Shown here piece by piece: positions 19,354 to 30,424 of a stretch of DNA of 64,000 nt. The notes under the pieces are model-generated. The model was not told where the DNA came from, made no database searches, and was given only the letters and a program-made list of their open reading frames with translations. The first letter of the stretch is position 1; each line of letters starts with the position of its first letter. Both the position numbers and the translations under genes were made by a program. The DNA is from an uncultured Candidatus Binatia bacterium (GTDB taxonomy: Bacteria > Desulfobacterota > Binatia > UBA9968 > JAJDTQ01): the NCBI GenBank assembly GCA_965215605.1, contig OZ244070.1:1600001-1664000 (forward strand), read 5' to 3'.

Positions 19354-20346
19354 ATGGGCAAAGTAAGCATCACCGTCGCCTGTTGGGATTATGACCGGAC
19401 ACGCCCCTTGCAGGAGGGCCGTGTCCCCGTGGAAGGGGTCGACCTGACCTACCTGCCGTTCCGCGTGGAGGAGACCTTCTGGCGCATGTTGCGCTACCAG
19501 GACTTCGACGCCGCCGAGATGTCCATGGGCTCCTACCTGATGTCCAAGGACAAGGGAAACCCGCGGTTCGTGGCGATTCCCGTGTTCCCCTCCCGCGCCT
19601 TCCGGCACTCCGGAATCTACATCCATACCGGCTCCGGCATCAAGGAAGCCGGCGATCTCACGGGCAAGCGGGTCGGCGTCCCCGAGTACCAGATGACCGC
19701 GGCCATCTGGCAGCGCGGCATCCTGCAGCACGAGTACGGTGTCGATCTCGAGAAGGTGAACTGGTTCACCGGCGGGGAAGAGACCCCCGGCCGGGAGGAA
19801 AAGCTCCGTCCGGACCTGCCCGACTCCCTTTCCATCACCCCGATCGGGCCGGGGCAGACGCTCTCTTCCATGCTGGAGACCGGCGAGCTCGACGCCCTGA
19901 TCTCGGCCCACATGCCGTCGCCGTTCGTGCGCCGCTCCCCCGGGGTGGCGCGGCTCTTCCCGGACTTCCGTCCGGTGGAAGAGGACTACTTCCGCAAGAC
20001 CGGCATCTTTCCCATCATGCACACCGTGGTGTTTCGGGAGGACGTCTACGAACGCCATCCCTGGGTGGCCCAGAACCTCTACAAGGCCTTCTGCGAGTCG
20101 AAGCGGCTCTGCGCCGAATCCGTCTACGAGTACTCCGCGCTGAAGTACATGCTGGCCTGGTCCATCGAGCAGATGGAAAAGGAGAAGGATCTCATGGGAC
20201 CCGACCCCTGGCCTTACGGGCTCGAAGCCAACCGCCACGTCCTGGAGACGCTGGTGGGCTACGCCCACGAGCAGGGCCTGATCAAGCAGCCGCTCGAGGT
20301 GGACAGCCTGTTCGCGCCGAGCACGCTGAACGAGTTCAAGGTGTAG
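19354..20346 (+). CDS. 4,5-dihydroxyphthalate decarboxylase-like / ABC-type substrate-binding fold protein
   Basis: YDRTRPL, FDAAEMSMGSY, PVFPSRAFRHS, GVPEYQMTA, TGIFPIMH, DPWPYG. Confidence 0.85.
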   Translation: MGKVSITVACWDYDRTRPLQEGRVPVEGVDLTYLPFRVEETFWRMLRYQDFDAAEMSMGSYLMSKDKGNPRFVAIPVFPSRAFRHSGIYIHTGSGIKEAGDLTGKRVGVPEYQMTAAIWQRGILQHEYGVDLEKVNWFTGGEETPGREEKLRPDLPDSLSITPIGPGQTLSSMLETGELDALISAHMPSPFVRRSPGVARLFPDFRPVEEDYFRKTGIFPIMHTVVFREDVYERHPWVAQNLYKAFCESKRLCAESVYEYSALKYMLAWSIEQMEKEKDLMGPDPWPYGLEANRHVLETLVGYAHEQGLIKQPLEVDSLFAPSTLNEFKV

Positions 20347-20371
20347 GGGCGCCGCCTGAACGGACGACGCC

Positions 20372-20953
20372 ATGTCCGACCCTGACAAACCCGACGTTGA
20401 AGCCCCCGCCTCTGAGGAAGCGGGCGCAGCCGGCGACCCCGCCGTCCAGGAGGTGAAGTGGTGGATCGACACCGGCACCAAGCTCCAGCCGGATAGGGGC
20501 GAGCGGGAGCCCATCGGTGTCATCGAGCGCTGGGCCTTCGAGCTCCTGAAGGACTACCGGCAGGAACAGGCGCTCAAGAACATCGTGGACATCAACGGCC
20601 AGGCCCTGCGCGAGCTCGACACCAACGAAGACCGCTGGGTATACCTCTCGCTGGGCGTCGGCGAGTTCCCCGCCAAGCGCCTCGACCACATCAAGGACTC
20701 CCTTCGAATCCCGCGCTACGCCCGGGCGCTGGCCATCGACGCGGGCTACTCGATCCGCGTCCTGCTCACCGGCGACCCTCCGGGCGATAAGGTGCTGGAA
20801 ATCAACTTCACCGACGCACCCTCGCTCGACTACTGGATCAACGGCGAGTTGATTGAAGAGCGGATGTTCCGCTCCATCGACGACGCCCTCAAGCGCCTGC
20901 GGAACTCGGTTCACAGGTACCTGCGGAAAACTTTGGTCCAGGCAGAACCATGA
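20372..20953 (+). CDS. hypothetical protein (193 aa)
   Basis: Genome-typical GC3-rich coding frame; no family recognised. Confidence 0.7.
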   Translation: MSDPDKPDVEAPASEEAGAAGDPAVQEVKWWIDTGTKLQPDRGEREPIGVIERWAFELLKDYRQEQALKNIVDINGQALRELDTNEDRWVYLSLGVGEFPAKRLDHIKDSLRIPRYARALAIDAGYSIRVLLTGDPPGDKVLEINFTDAPSLDYWINGELIEERMFRSIDDALKRLRNSVHRYLRKTLVQAEP

Positions 20954-20977
20954 GCTTCAGACGACAATCAACCGACG

Positions 20978-21436
20978 ATGGACATGACGACCGCCGGGGG
21001 CATGAATTCACTCGCATACGCCGCAGCAGCGATACTCGGAGGGCGAAGAGCCCTCGGCGTAGACGTGGACACTGATGCTGACATGACCCAAGCAGTGGAA
21101 CATGGGTTCTCTGTCATAGCCCTTGACGCCTTGAAGCAGCGAGGGGTCACGGATCAGGAAATTGGCGACTTGATCATAAAACCCCGCACTCTTTCCCACC
21201 GAAAGGCAGGGCCCGGGAGGTTGACGGTTGAGGAATCTGATCGTGCAGCACGCGCGGCTCGGGTCATCGCGCTGGCGGAAAAGACTTTCGCAAACCGGGT
21301 AAAGGCCGATCTCTGGCTTCGCAAGAGCCTCGCTTCCCTGGATGACCGACGCCCCATGGACCTGATCCAAACAGCGTCGGGTACCCGCCTCGTTGAAGAC
21401 ATCCTGGCGAAGATCGCCTGGGGCGCCGCAGCCTGA
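20978..21436 (+). CDS. Xre/MbcA/ParS-type antitoxin
   Basis: PRTLSHRK..RLTVEESDR..R, KADLWLR, PMDLIQTASG..LVE; TGATG-coupled to a RES gene. Confidence 0.85.
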   Translation: MDMTTAGGMNSLAYAAAAILGGRRALGVDVDTDADMTQAVEHGFSVIALDALKQRGVTDQEIGDLIIKPRTLSHRKAGPGRLTVEESDRAARAARVIALAEKTFANRVKADLWLRKSLASLDDRRPMDLIQTASGTRLVEDILAKIAWGAAA

Positions 21437-21666
21437 TGCGGCTGTGGCGGCTTTCGAACGCCGAGGATGCCGGCCGCTTCGGCTTGCACCACGATGGCCG
21501 CTGGAATACGCGCGGGCGCCCCGTAACCTATGGCGCCACCGGTCCGGCACTTTGTGTGCTGGAGAAGCTGGTCCACGTGGAGGATCCGGCACTGTTGCCG
21601 GATGGCACCGCGCTCACCTACGCCGAAACCTTCGAATACGATCCGCGCCTGCTGACCTTCCAGTAG
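21436..21666 (+). pseudogene. RES-domain toxin, internally deleted (76 aa)
   Basis: The RES N-terminus (MRLWRL, GRWN..G..VTY, LCVLEKLVH) is joined directly to a typical C-terminal FEYDPRL. About half the domain is missing. Confidence 0.75.
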
Positions 21667-21680
21667 TCGGCCAAGCGGCT

Positions 21681-22790
21681 TCACCCTTCGGCGGCGGGCC
21701 TGGGGATGGTGCCGGGGCGCATGGGGAAGGCGACGGAGCTGGTGACCTCCAGGCCGTAGCCGGACAGGCCCACGAGGTTTCTGGGGTTGTTGGTGACGAG
21801 CTTGAGCTTGCGGATGCCCAAGTCGCGCAGGATCTGGGCGCCGATGCCGAAGTCGCGGAAGTTCCTGGCCTCTCTGGCTTCCTCTGTGCGCAACCCCTTG
21901 CCTTCGGGCTGGAGGTAGAGCAGGACCCCCGCGCCTTCCCTGGCGATCAGTTCCATGGACTGCTTGATGACGGACCCGGTGTCGAAGAATTCGAAGCCGA
22001 ACACGTCGCCGGGGAGGAACTTGGTGCATACCCGCACCAAGGTTTCGCGGTCCTCCGAGATCTCGCCCTTGATCAGCGCCAGGTGCTCGGCGGAATCCAC
22101 GTGGGTGTTGTAGACCACCGCCCGGAAGTCGCCGCCGTATCGGGTGGGCAGGCGGGTGTCGGCGACGCGGTGGATCAGCGAGTCGTGCTTGAGGCGGTAC
22201 TGGATGAGGTCGGCGATGGTGCAGATCTTGAGGTCGTACTTCTCGCCGAACTCCTCGAGGTCCGCCAGCCGCGCCATGGTGCCGTCGTCCTTCATGATCT
22301 CGCAGATCACCCCGGCGGGCCTGAGCCCCGCCAGCCGGCACAGGTCCACGGAACCCTCGGTCTGACCCGTGCGCACCAGCACGCCGCCGTCCCTGGCCCG
22401 CAACGGGAAGATGTGCCCGGGGGTGCACAGGTCCTTGGGCCCGGCGTCGTCCGCGATGGCCGCCAGGATGGTCTCGGACCGATCGGAAGCCGAGATGCCG
22501 GTGGTGACGTTCCTGACCCCGTCGATGGAGACCGTGAACGCGGTCCCGAAGGGTGCGGTGTTGTCCCTGACCATCATCGTGAGGCCGAGCTGGTCGACCT
22601 TCTCCTCGGTCAGCGTCAGGCAGATCAGACCCCGTCCCCAGGTGGCCATGAAGTTGATGGCGTCCGGCGTCACCAGCTCCGCGGCCATGGTGAGGTCGCC
22701 CTCATTCTCGCGGTTCTGGTCATCCATCAGGATGACCATCCTGCCTTGCCTGATGTCTTCCAGGGATTCTTCGATAGTCGCTACGGGCAT
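21681..22790 (-). CDS. ribB: 3,4-dihydroxy-2-butanone 4-phosphate synthase fused to degenerate GTP cyclohydrolase II domain (RibBX-type)
   Basis: DHBP synthase motifs RENEGDL, GISASDR, PGHIFPL and GVICEI are intact. The RibA zinc motif is replaced by RVCTKFLPGDVFGFEFFDTG. Confidence 0.88.
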   Translation of the reverse strand: MPVATIEESLEDIRQGRMVILMDDQNRENEGDLTMAAELVTPDAINFMATWGRGLICLTLTEEKVDQLGLTMMVRDNTAPFGTAFTVSIDGVRNVTTGISASDRSETILAAIADDAGPKDLCTPGHIFPLRARDGGVLVRTGQTEGSVDLCRLAGLRPAGVICEIMKDDGTMARLADLEEFGEKYDLKICTIADLIQYRLKHDSLIHRVADTRLPTRYGGDFRAVVYNTHVDSAEHLALIKGEISEDRETLVRVCTKFLPGDVFGFEFFDTGSVIKQSMELIAREGAGVLLYLQPEGKGLRTEEAREARNFRDFGIGAQILRDLGIRKLKLVTNNPRNLVGLSGYGLEVTSSVAFPMRPGTIPRPAAEG

Positions 22791-22838
22791 GGGTTCCTAA
22801 CTTAACATTTCAATTGACGAGGTCCAAAGACCGCGTCA

Positions 22839-23560
22839 TCACGCCCCGCCGGCCATCTCGGCGACCACCGACCGGGCTGCCGCGGCCGGGTCGTCCGCGC
22901 CGGTGATGGGCCTTCCCACCACGATGTAGTCGATGCCGGCGCGCACCGCGTCGCCGGGGGTCATGACGCGCTTCTGGTCGCCGGCCTGCTGGCCCGCGGG
23001 CCGGATGCCGGGAGTCACCAAGAGGAAGGAGTCGCCGCAGGCGCGCCGGATGTCCCTGACCTCCTGGGCCGAACAGACGACGCCCGCAAGCCCCGCCTCC
23101 TGCGCCATCCCGGCCAGCCGCACGACCTGGGCGGGAACGGCCCCTTGAACCCCCATCGACTGGAGGTCCGATGCGTCCAGGCTGGTGAGGACCGTGACGC
23201 CCAGCACCGACGGCCTCCGCATGCCTTCCTTGCCGCACACCTCCTCCACCGCCGCCGCGGTCTGCCGCATCATCTCCCGGCCGCCGGAGACGTGAACATT
23301 GAACAGCTTGACCCCAAGCCGGGCGGCCTCCACCGCCGCCGCGGCCACGGTATTGGGAATGTCGTGGAACTTGAGGTCGAGGAAGACCTCTCCGCCCAGA
23401 TCGTGGATCATGCGGACGACGTCCGGCCCGGCGTTCACGAAGAGCTGCTTGCCGATCTTGAACATCCCCACTTCGGGCGCCAGCAGGGCCGCGAGGGTCT
23501 TCGCTCTCGCCGGGTCGGCCAGATCGAGGGCCACTATCAACCGCTGCCTGATCTCCGACG

Positions 23561-23564
<4 letters not shown>
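22839..23564 (-). CDS. pyrF: orotidine 5'-phosphate decarboxylase
   Basis: LIVALD, DLKFHDIPNT, VTPGIRP, DQKR, VGRPI. ATG at 23564 overlaps the proS stop (ATGA). Confidence 0.95.
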
Positions 23565-25276
<1,712 letters not shown>

Positions 25277-25308
25277 GCGATCACTTATAGGAAGCGCCTC
25301 GGACCCTG

Positions 25309-28300
25309 TCAAATTCCGGCGTCTTCCGGGGCCGCGACTCCGTCGGGCGTCGCCGCCCCGGAACGAAACAATTTCCTGACGATCCCCTTGGCGTCGTCGA
25401 GCATGGCGTAGAGACAGGGGGTGAGGATCAGCGTGAGAATCGTGGCGAAAGAGAGTCCCCAGACTACCGAGATGGCCATGGGCGAGAGGAATCTGGCCTG
25501 GCCGGTGGCGAAGAAGGCCAGCGGCACGAGCCCGCCCACGGTGGTGACGGTGGTTAGCAAGACGGGCCTCAGGCGCACGACGCCGGACTGGATGATGGAA
25601 TCGTGTGCCGGCGTGCCCCTTCTTCGGCTGCGGTTGATGAAGTCCACCAGGATGAGTGAATCGTTGACCACGACTCCCGCCAGGGCGATGAAGCCCAGCA
25701 GGGACATGAAGCTAAGGTTCTCGCCCATGACGAGATGGCCGATCACGACACCGCCCAGGGTGAAGGGAATCGCGGCCATGACGATGAACGGTTGGATGAA
25801 CGACTTGAACAGGGAGCCCAGCACGAAGTAGATGGCGAACAACGTGATCAGGGAGATTTGCGGCAGGGCGCCCAGAGACTCCTCCACCTCCTGCCGTTCG
25901 CCCTTGACCACCACCCGCTGCCCGGGGTAGCGCCGGCCGGCGTCGGCGAACTGCCGCTTCAAGGCGTCCGTGGCCTCCACCACGGTGGTCTTCCCCGTCT
26001 CCACCTCGGCAAAGACGCTCAGGGTCCGCTTGCGGTCGTCCCGGTTGATCTGGCTCGGGCTGACTCCGGTGCGAATGTCGGCGACGTCACGCAGGAAGAC
26101 GCGCTCGCCCGAGGGCAGCGTGAGCTTCATACGCGACACGGTGTCGACGTGGCTGCGCTGGTCCCGGGGAAACCGGATGAAGATGGGCACATCCTCGTCT
26201 CCGCGCTGGATGCTCGAGGCTTCGACCCCCTGGAAGCCCTGCTGCACCTGGCGCGCGATGCCCCTCACATCGAGACCCAGCGTGCGGCCCTCCGGCTTGA
26301 GGCTGATGCGGAGTTCCTCCTTGCCCGCCACGAGGTCATCGCGGATGTCCCGTACCCCGGGCAGGGTAGCCAGGAAGCCCTTGACCTCTTCGGTCAGCCG
26401 CCTGAGGCTTTCAAGGTCGTCGCCGATGACCCGGGCCTCGATGGCGGGTCCTCCGGGCCCGGCCTGGAGGCTCAGGAACTGGAGCTTGGTGATACCCGGT
26501 ATCCGCTCCATCTTGCCACGGAGATCGTCGATGATCTCCGCCGTGCTCCGGACGCGGTCGTCGCGGAGCTCCAGCGTGAGCTGGCCGACGTTGCTTCCCC
26601 TTGTCACCCTGTTGACGTCGAGGAAAGCGACGCCGACGGTGGTGGCCAGGGACTTGAGCTCACCGGGCGGCAAACCCAGGACAATCTCTTCGGCCTGAAC
26701 GAGCACGGCCTCGGTGTCCTCCAGCTTGGCGTTGGCCGAGGTCTCGAAGTTCACGAAGAACTGGCTCGACTCGAAATCGCGAAAGAGCACGAAGGGCACC
26801 CGGTACTGGGCCGCCACGGCCAGCAGCACGCTGGCCGCCACGATTAAGGTCACCGCCACGTAACGCCAGCGGACCGCGAGTCTCAGGACCCTTTCGTAGG
26901 CATGGCGCAGGCTGGTCAACCACAAGCGCTGGCCGCGCACGTGCAGACGGCGGAGACCGGTCAGCCGTTCACGACGGCGCAGCCGGGTCAGCCACAAACG
27001 CTCGCCGCGGCGCACCTTGTTGGCATAGGCGGGCGTGATGATGTCCGAGAGATGCGAGGGCAGGATGAACAACACCTCCAGCAGCGAGAGCAGCAGCGCG
27101 AAGGTCACCACGATGGGGAGCGGCTTCAGGAAGAAGCCCATGGTTCCCGGGAGCAGCAGGAACGGGACGAACGCGGCGACAGTGGTCAACACCGTGGTGA
27201 CCACCGGCCAGGCAACCTCGTAGGTGCCCTGGAGGGCCGCCTCCTTGGGAGACAGGCCCTGCTCGACGTAGCGGTACACGTTTTCGGTGACGATGACGGC
27301 GTCGTCCACCAGAAGGCCAAGGACCAGGATCAGGCCGAAGGCGGAGATCATGTTGAGGCTGACGCCGAAAACCGCCATCAGGACCAAACAACCCAGCACC
27401 GCGAACGGAATGCCGAGGGAGGTCATGAAGGCGATCCGTCCGCGGACGAAGATACAGAGCGTCGCCAGCACGATGGTCAGGCCGATGGCGCCGCTCTCGC
27501 CCAGGGTGCCCAAGCGGTTCCGGATGAACACCGAGAAGTCACTGAAGACACCTACGGAAACGGTCCCGGGCAAGATCTTGCGGATTTCCGCCACGGCGTC
27601 GCGGACGCCTTCCGCGACGCTGATGGTATCGCCGCTCCGCTCCTTGATGACCACGAGGTTGATGGACGGCTTCCCGTCGAAACGCGCCAGTAACGTCGGG
27701 TCCTCGAACGACTCGCGCACGCCGGCGACGTCCCCCACGGTGAGGGCGTGTCCGGTGTCGGTGGACCGAAGGATCATGCGTTCCACGTCGGCCACGCCTC
27801 CGGCCACCCCCAGGGTCCGCACCAGCACCTCGCCCCGGGCGGTCTTCAGCGCGCCGCCGGGCACGTTGCGGTTCTGATTGCTCACGGCGGCGCGGATCTC
27901 GTCCAGGCTCAGCCGGTACTGGTCCAGGCGTTCCGGCTCGATCTCGATGAGTATCCGGCTCTCGCGGACGCCGAAGACCGACACGGCGGCGACGCCGTCG
28001 ATGCGCCTGAGCCGATCCCGCACGTCCTTGCCGACCTCCCGCAGCTCCTCCTCGGGTATGTCGCCGCTCAATGCCACGGTGATCACCGGGATGGTGGACA
28101 GGACCTCGCTCACCTGGGGCTCTTCGGCCTCCTGCGGCAATCCGCCGACCCGGTCCAGGGCCGCGCGCACGTCCCCGAGAGCACGGCTCATCTCGGTGTC
28201 CGACTGCATCTGAAGGCGGATTTCGGATTGGCCCTCGCGCGAGGTGGAGAGCATCTCGTTGACGCCGTCCACGTTGCGGACCCGCTCCTCGATCCTGGCG

Positions 28301-28494
28301 GTGATGAGCTCCTCCACCTCCTCGGGCGAGGCGCCCGCGTAGGTCGTATCGATACGGACCACCCGGCGGGAAAAGTCGGGGAACAGCTCTCGTTTGAGCC
28401 GGAGAAACGACACCACGCCGGCGGTGATGATCAGGAGCACCAGCAGGTTGACGACGACGGGGTTGCCGATGGAGAACTGGATCAGCTTCTTCAT
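25309..28494 (-). CDS. RND efflux transporter permease (AcrB/AcrD/AcrF family)
   Basis: 1061 aa; GASPEEVE, GLLVDDAVIVTENV, RLRPVLLTT. Confidence 0.93.
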   Translation of the reverse strand: MKKLIQFSIGNPVVVNLLVLLIITAGVVSFLRLKRELFPDFSRRVVRIDTTYAGASPEEVEELITARIEERVRNVDGVNEMLSTSREGQSEIRLQMQSDTEMSRALGDVRAALDRVGGLPQEAEEPQVSEVLSTIPVITVALSGDIPEEELREVGKDVRDRLRRIDGVAAVSVFGVRESRILIEIEPERLDQYRLSLDEIRAAVSNQNRNVPGGALKTARGEVLVRTLGVAGGVADVERMILRSTDTGHALTVGDVAGVRESFEDPTLLARFDGKPSINLVVIKERSGDTISVAEGVRDAVAEIRKILPGTVSVGVFSDFSVFIRNRLGTLGESGAIGLTIVLATLCIFVRGRIAFMTSLGIPFAVLGCLVLMAVFGVSLNMISAFGLILVLGLLVDDAVIVTENVYRYVEQGLSPKEAALQGTYEVAWPVVTTVLTTVAAFVPFLLLPGTMGFFLKPLPIVVTFALLLSLLEVLFILPSHLSDIITPAYANKVRRGERLWLTRLRRRERLTGLRRLHVRGQRLWLTSLRHAYERVLRLAVRWRYVAVTLIVAASVLLAVAAQYRVPFVLFRDFESSQFFVNFETSANAKLEDTEAVLVQAEEIVLGLPPGELKSLATTVGVAFLDVNRVTRGSNVGQLTLELRDDRVRSTAEIIDDLRGKMERIPGITKLQFLSLQAGPGGPAIEARVIGDDLESLRRLTEEVKGFLATLPGVRDIRDDLVAGKEELRISLKPEGRTLGLDVRGIARQVQQGFQGVEASSIQRGDEDVPIFIRFPRDQRSHVDTVSRMKLTLPSGERVFLRDVADIRTGVSPSQINRDDRKRTLSVFAEVETGKTTVVEATDALKRQFADAGRRYPGQRVVVKGERQEVEESLGALPQISLITLFAIYFVLGSLFKSFIQPFIVMAAIPFTLGGVVIGHLVMGENLSFMSLLGFIALAGVVVNDSLILVDFINRSRRRGTPAHDSIIQSGVVRLRPVLLTTVTTVGGLVPLAFFATGQARFLSPMAISVVWGLSFATILTLILTPCLYAMLDDAKGIVRKLFRSGAATPDGVAAPEDAGI

Positions 28495-29744
28495 GAGGAC
28501 AGATCCCGGCGCGTGACCACCCGGATACGGGCGCCGTCCAGCAACAGGCGCTGTCCGGCGGTCACCAGGAGCTCATCGGGTTCAAGACCCGCGGCGATCA
28601 TGTAACGCGCCCCGAACCGGCGGGCGATGCGCACCTCACGGCGGGCCGCCACACCCCCCTCGGGGTCCGCCACGAAAACCGCCGCCTTGCCGTCCTCGAA
28701 AAGGACGCTTTCCCGCGGGACCATAATGGCCCCGGGATAGTCGCGGACCGGGATGACCGCCCGCGCGAACATCCCGGGAAGGAGCTTGCGTCCCGTGGAG
28801 TTGGACATGAGGATCTCCACCGGGAACGAACGGGTCTGCTGGTCCGCCCGCGGGCCGATGTTGACAACCCTTCCGGTAAACTCCTCCTCCAATCCGCGCA
28901 CCCGGACCCTGGCCACGATCCGCGAGCCGATCCGGTGGATGTCGGCGGCCGGAATGCGCACGTCGAGCTTCACCGTCTCGATGTCGGACAACTGGAAGAG
29001 CACCTGTCCCGGAGCGACACGCTCGCCCAGGGTCACGTTCTTGCGCGCGATGACGCCGGCGAAGGGCGCGCGGATCTCGGTATCGCCCAGCGTTTCCCGC
29101 GCCTGCTCCAGTTGAACATCGGCCAGGGCGAGATCCGCCTCGGCGATGGCGCGCAGCGCTTGCGTCTCCCGCTCTCCGCTCCGGGCCGACTCGAACTCTT
29201 CTTCGATCTGCCGCCAGGCCAGCTCCTGCCGCTCCGCCTCCTGGCTCGAAACCAACCCCTTCTTCAGAAGCTTCTTGAGCCGCTCGTGTTCGGCCCGCGC
29301 CAGCCGGAGCTGCTCGCGGTTGAGCCGCACCAGATTGCGCTGCCTTTCGATGTCCACCGCGGCCTTGCGGACCCTCGCCCTTGCGCTGGCCACCTGCGCC
29401 GCCGCTTTGCGCACGGCGATCTCGAAGTCCTTGGCGTCCACCCGCGCCAGCAGATCGTCCTTCCCGACCACGCTGCCCAAGCCGATCTCCGACGGTATCC
29501 CGACGATCCGGCCGCTTATCTCCGCGCTGACGGGACCTTCCCGCACGGCGGCGACGGTTCCCAGGGCCTCGATCCGGTGCACGAAATCCGCGGCGACCAC
29601 CGGGGCCACCTCCACCGGCACGGGCACGGGCGCCGGCTGGACCCGGGGCGGCTCCTCGACGTCGCTGATGACGTACACGCCCACCGCGGTGACGGCGCTT
29701 ACCAGGAGGATCAGCACTATCGACAGGGCGATGCGTATCTTCAT
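28491..29744 (-). CDS. RND efflux periplasmic adaptor (MFP)
   Basis: N-terminal TM, lipoyl halves (SAEISGRI / IRAPFAGVI), coiled coil, LLPGMFA. Confidence 0.92.
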   Translation of the reverse strand: MKIRIALSIVLILLVSAVTAVGVYVISDVEEPPRVQPAPVPVPVEVAPVVAADFVHRIEALGTVAAVREGPVSAEISGRIVGIPSEIGLGSVVGKDDLLARVDAKDFEIAVRKAAAQVASARARVRKAAVDIERQRNLVRLNREQLRLARAEHERLKKLLKKGLVSSQEAERQELAWRQIEEEFESARSGERETQALRAIAEADLALADVQLEQARETLGDTEIRAPFAGVIARKNVTLGERVAPGQVLFQLSDIETVKLDVRIPAADIHRIGSRIVARVRVRGLEEEFTGRVVNIGPRADQQTRSFPVEILMSNSTGRKLLPGMFARAVIPVRDYPGAIMVPRESVLFEDGKAAVFVADPEGGVAARREVRIARRFGARYMIAAGLEPDELLVTAGQRLLLDGARIRVVTRRDLSS

Positions 29745-30340
29745 TCCAGGCTCCTCATCACCGCCCGAGTGAGGGCCTCCGCCATCTCGTCGAGGTCGAA
29801 GGCATCGTCGTCGTACAGCCAGTGCAGCGCCAGCCCGTCGACGGAGGCGAGGATTTGCTGGGCCGCGAGCCTGGGGTGGTCGCAGTGGAAGAAGCCTCCG
29901 GCCACGCCCGCCTCCACCACCAGGACCAGGTCGTCGATGGACGACTGGTACGCATCACGCAACTGCATCCGCAGGAGACTCTGCTGCTCGGCCCGGCCCG
30001 CCTCGGCCCAGACGTCGCAAAATACGTAGAAGAAGGGCTCCCATTCGCGGAAACTGGCGAGGGCGGCGGCCAGGAAGCCGGCGATGATCCGGGGCGGCTC
30101 CTCGATGCCCTTCAGCTTCTCCGCGTAGTAGTCCTTGAGCTTGGCCAGCATGTAGCCGTGCAGCGCCTGAAGGAGCTGATGCTTACTCTCGAAGTACTCG
30201 TAGATGGTCCCTTTGCCGATCCCGGCGGCCGCCGCGACTTCTTCCATCCTGGAGCGATGAAAGCCCTTGCGCGCGAAGACCTTCATGGCGGCTTCGAGAA
30301 TCTCCGAACGCTTGCGTTCCTTGTCGACGACGATAGGCAT
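29741..30340 (-). CDS. TetR/AcrR family transcriptional regulator
   Basis: ILEAAMKVFARKGF..MEEVAAAAGIGKGTIYEYFESK HTH. Confidence 0.93.
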   Translation of the reverse strand: MPIVVDKERKRSEILEAAMKVFARKGFHRSRMEEVAAAAGIGKGTIYEYFESKHQLLQALHGYMLAKLKDYYAEKLKGIEEPPRIIAGFLAAALASFREWEPFFYVFCDVWAEAGRAEQQSLLRMQLRDAYQSSIDDLVLVVEAGVAGGFFHCDHPRLAAQQILASVDGLALHWLYDDDAFDLDEMAEALTRAVMRSLE

Positions 30341-30345
30341 CTTAG

Positions 30346-30399
30346 TATGACCGGTCAGCCGGTCAATATAAATACACTATGACCGACCCGCGGGTCAAT
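30346..30399. promoter_or_regulatory. two palindromic operators TGACC-N8-GGTCA (probable TetR sites)
   Basis: TATGACCGGTCAGCCGGTCAAT (core 30348-30365) and TATGACCGACCCGCGGGTCAAT (core 30380-30397), 32 bp apart, immediately upstream of tetR. Confidence 0.75.
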
Positions 30400-30424
30400 G
30401 TCCTTTCAACATAAAACCGGATTT

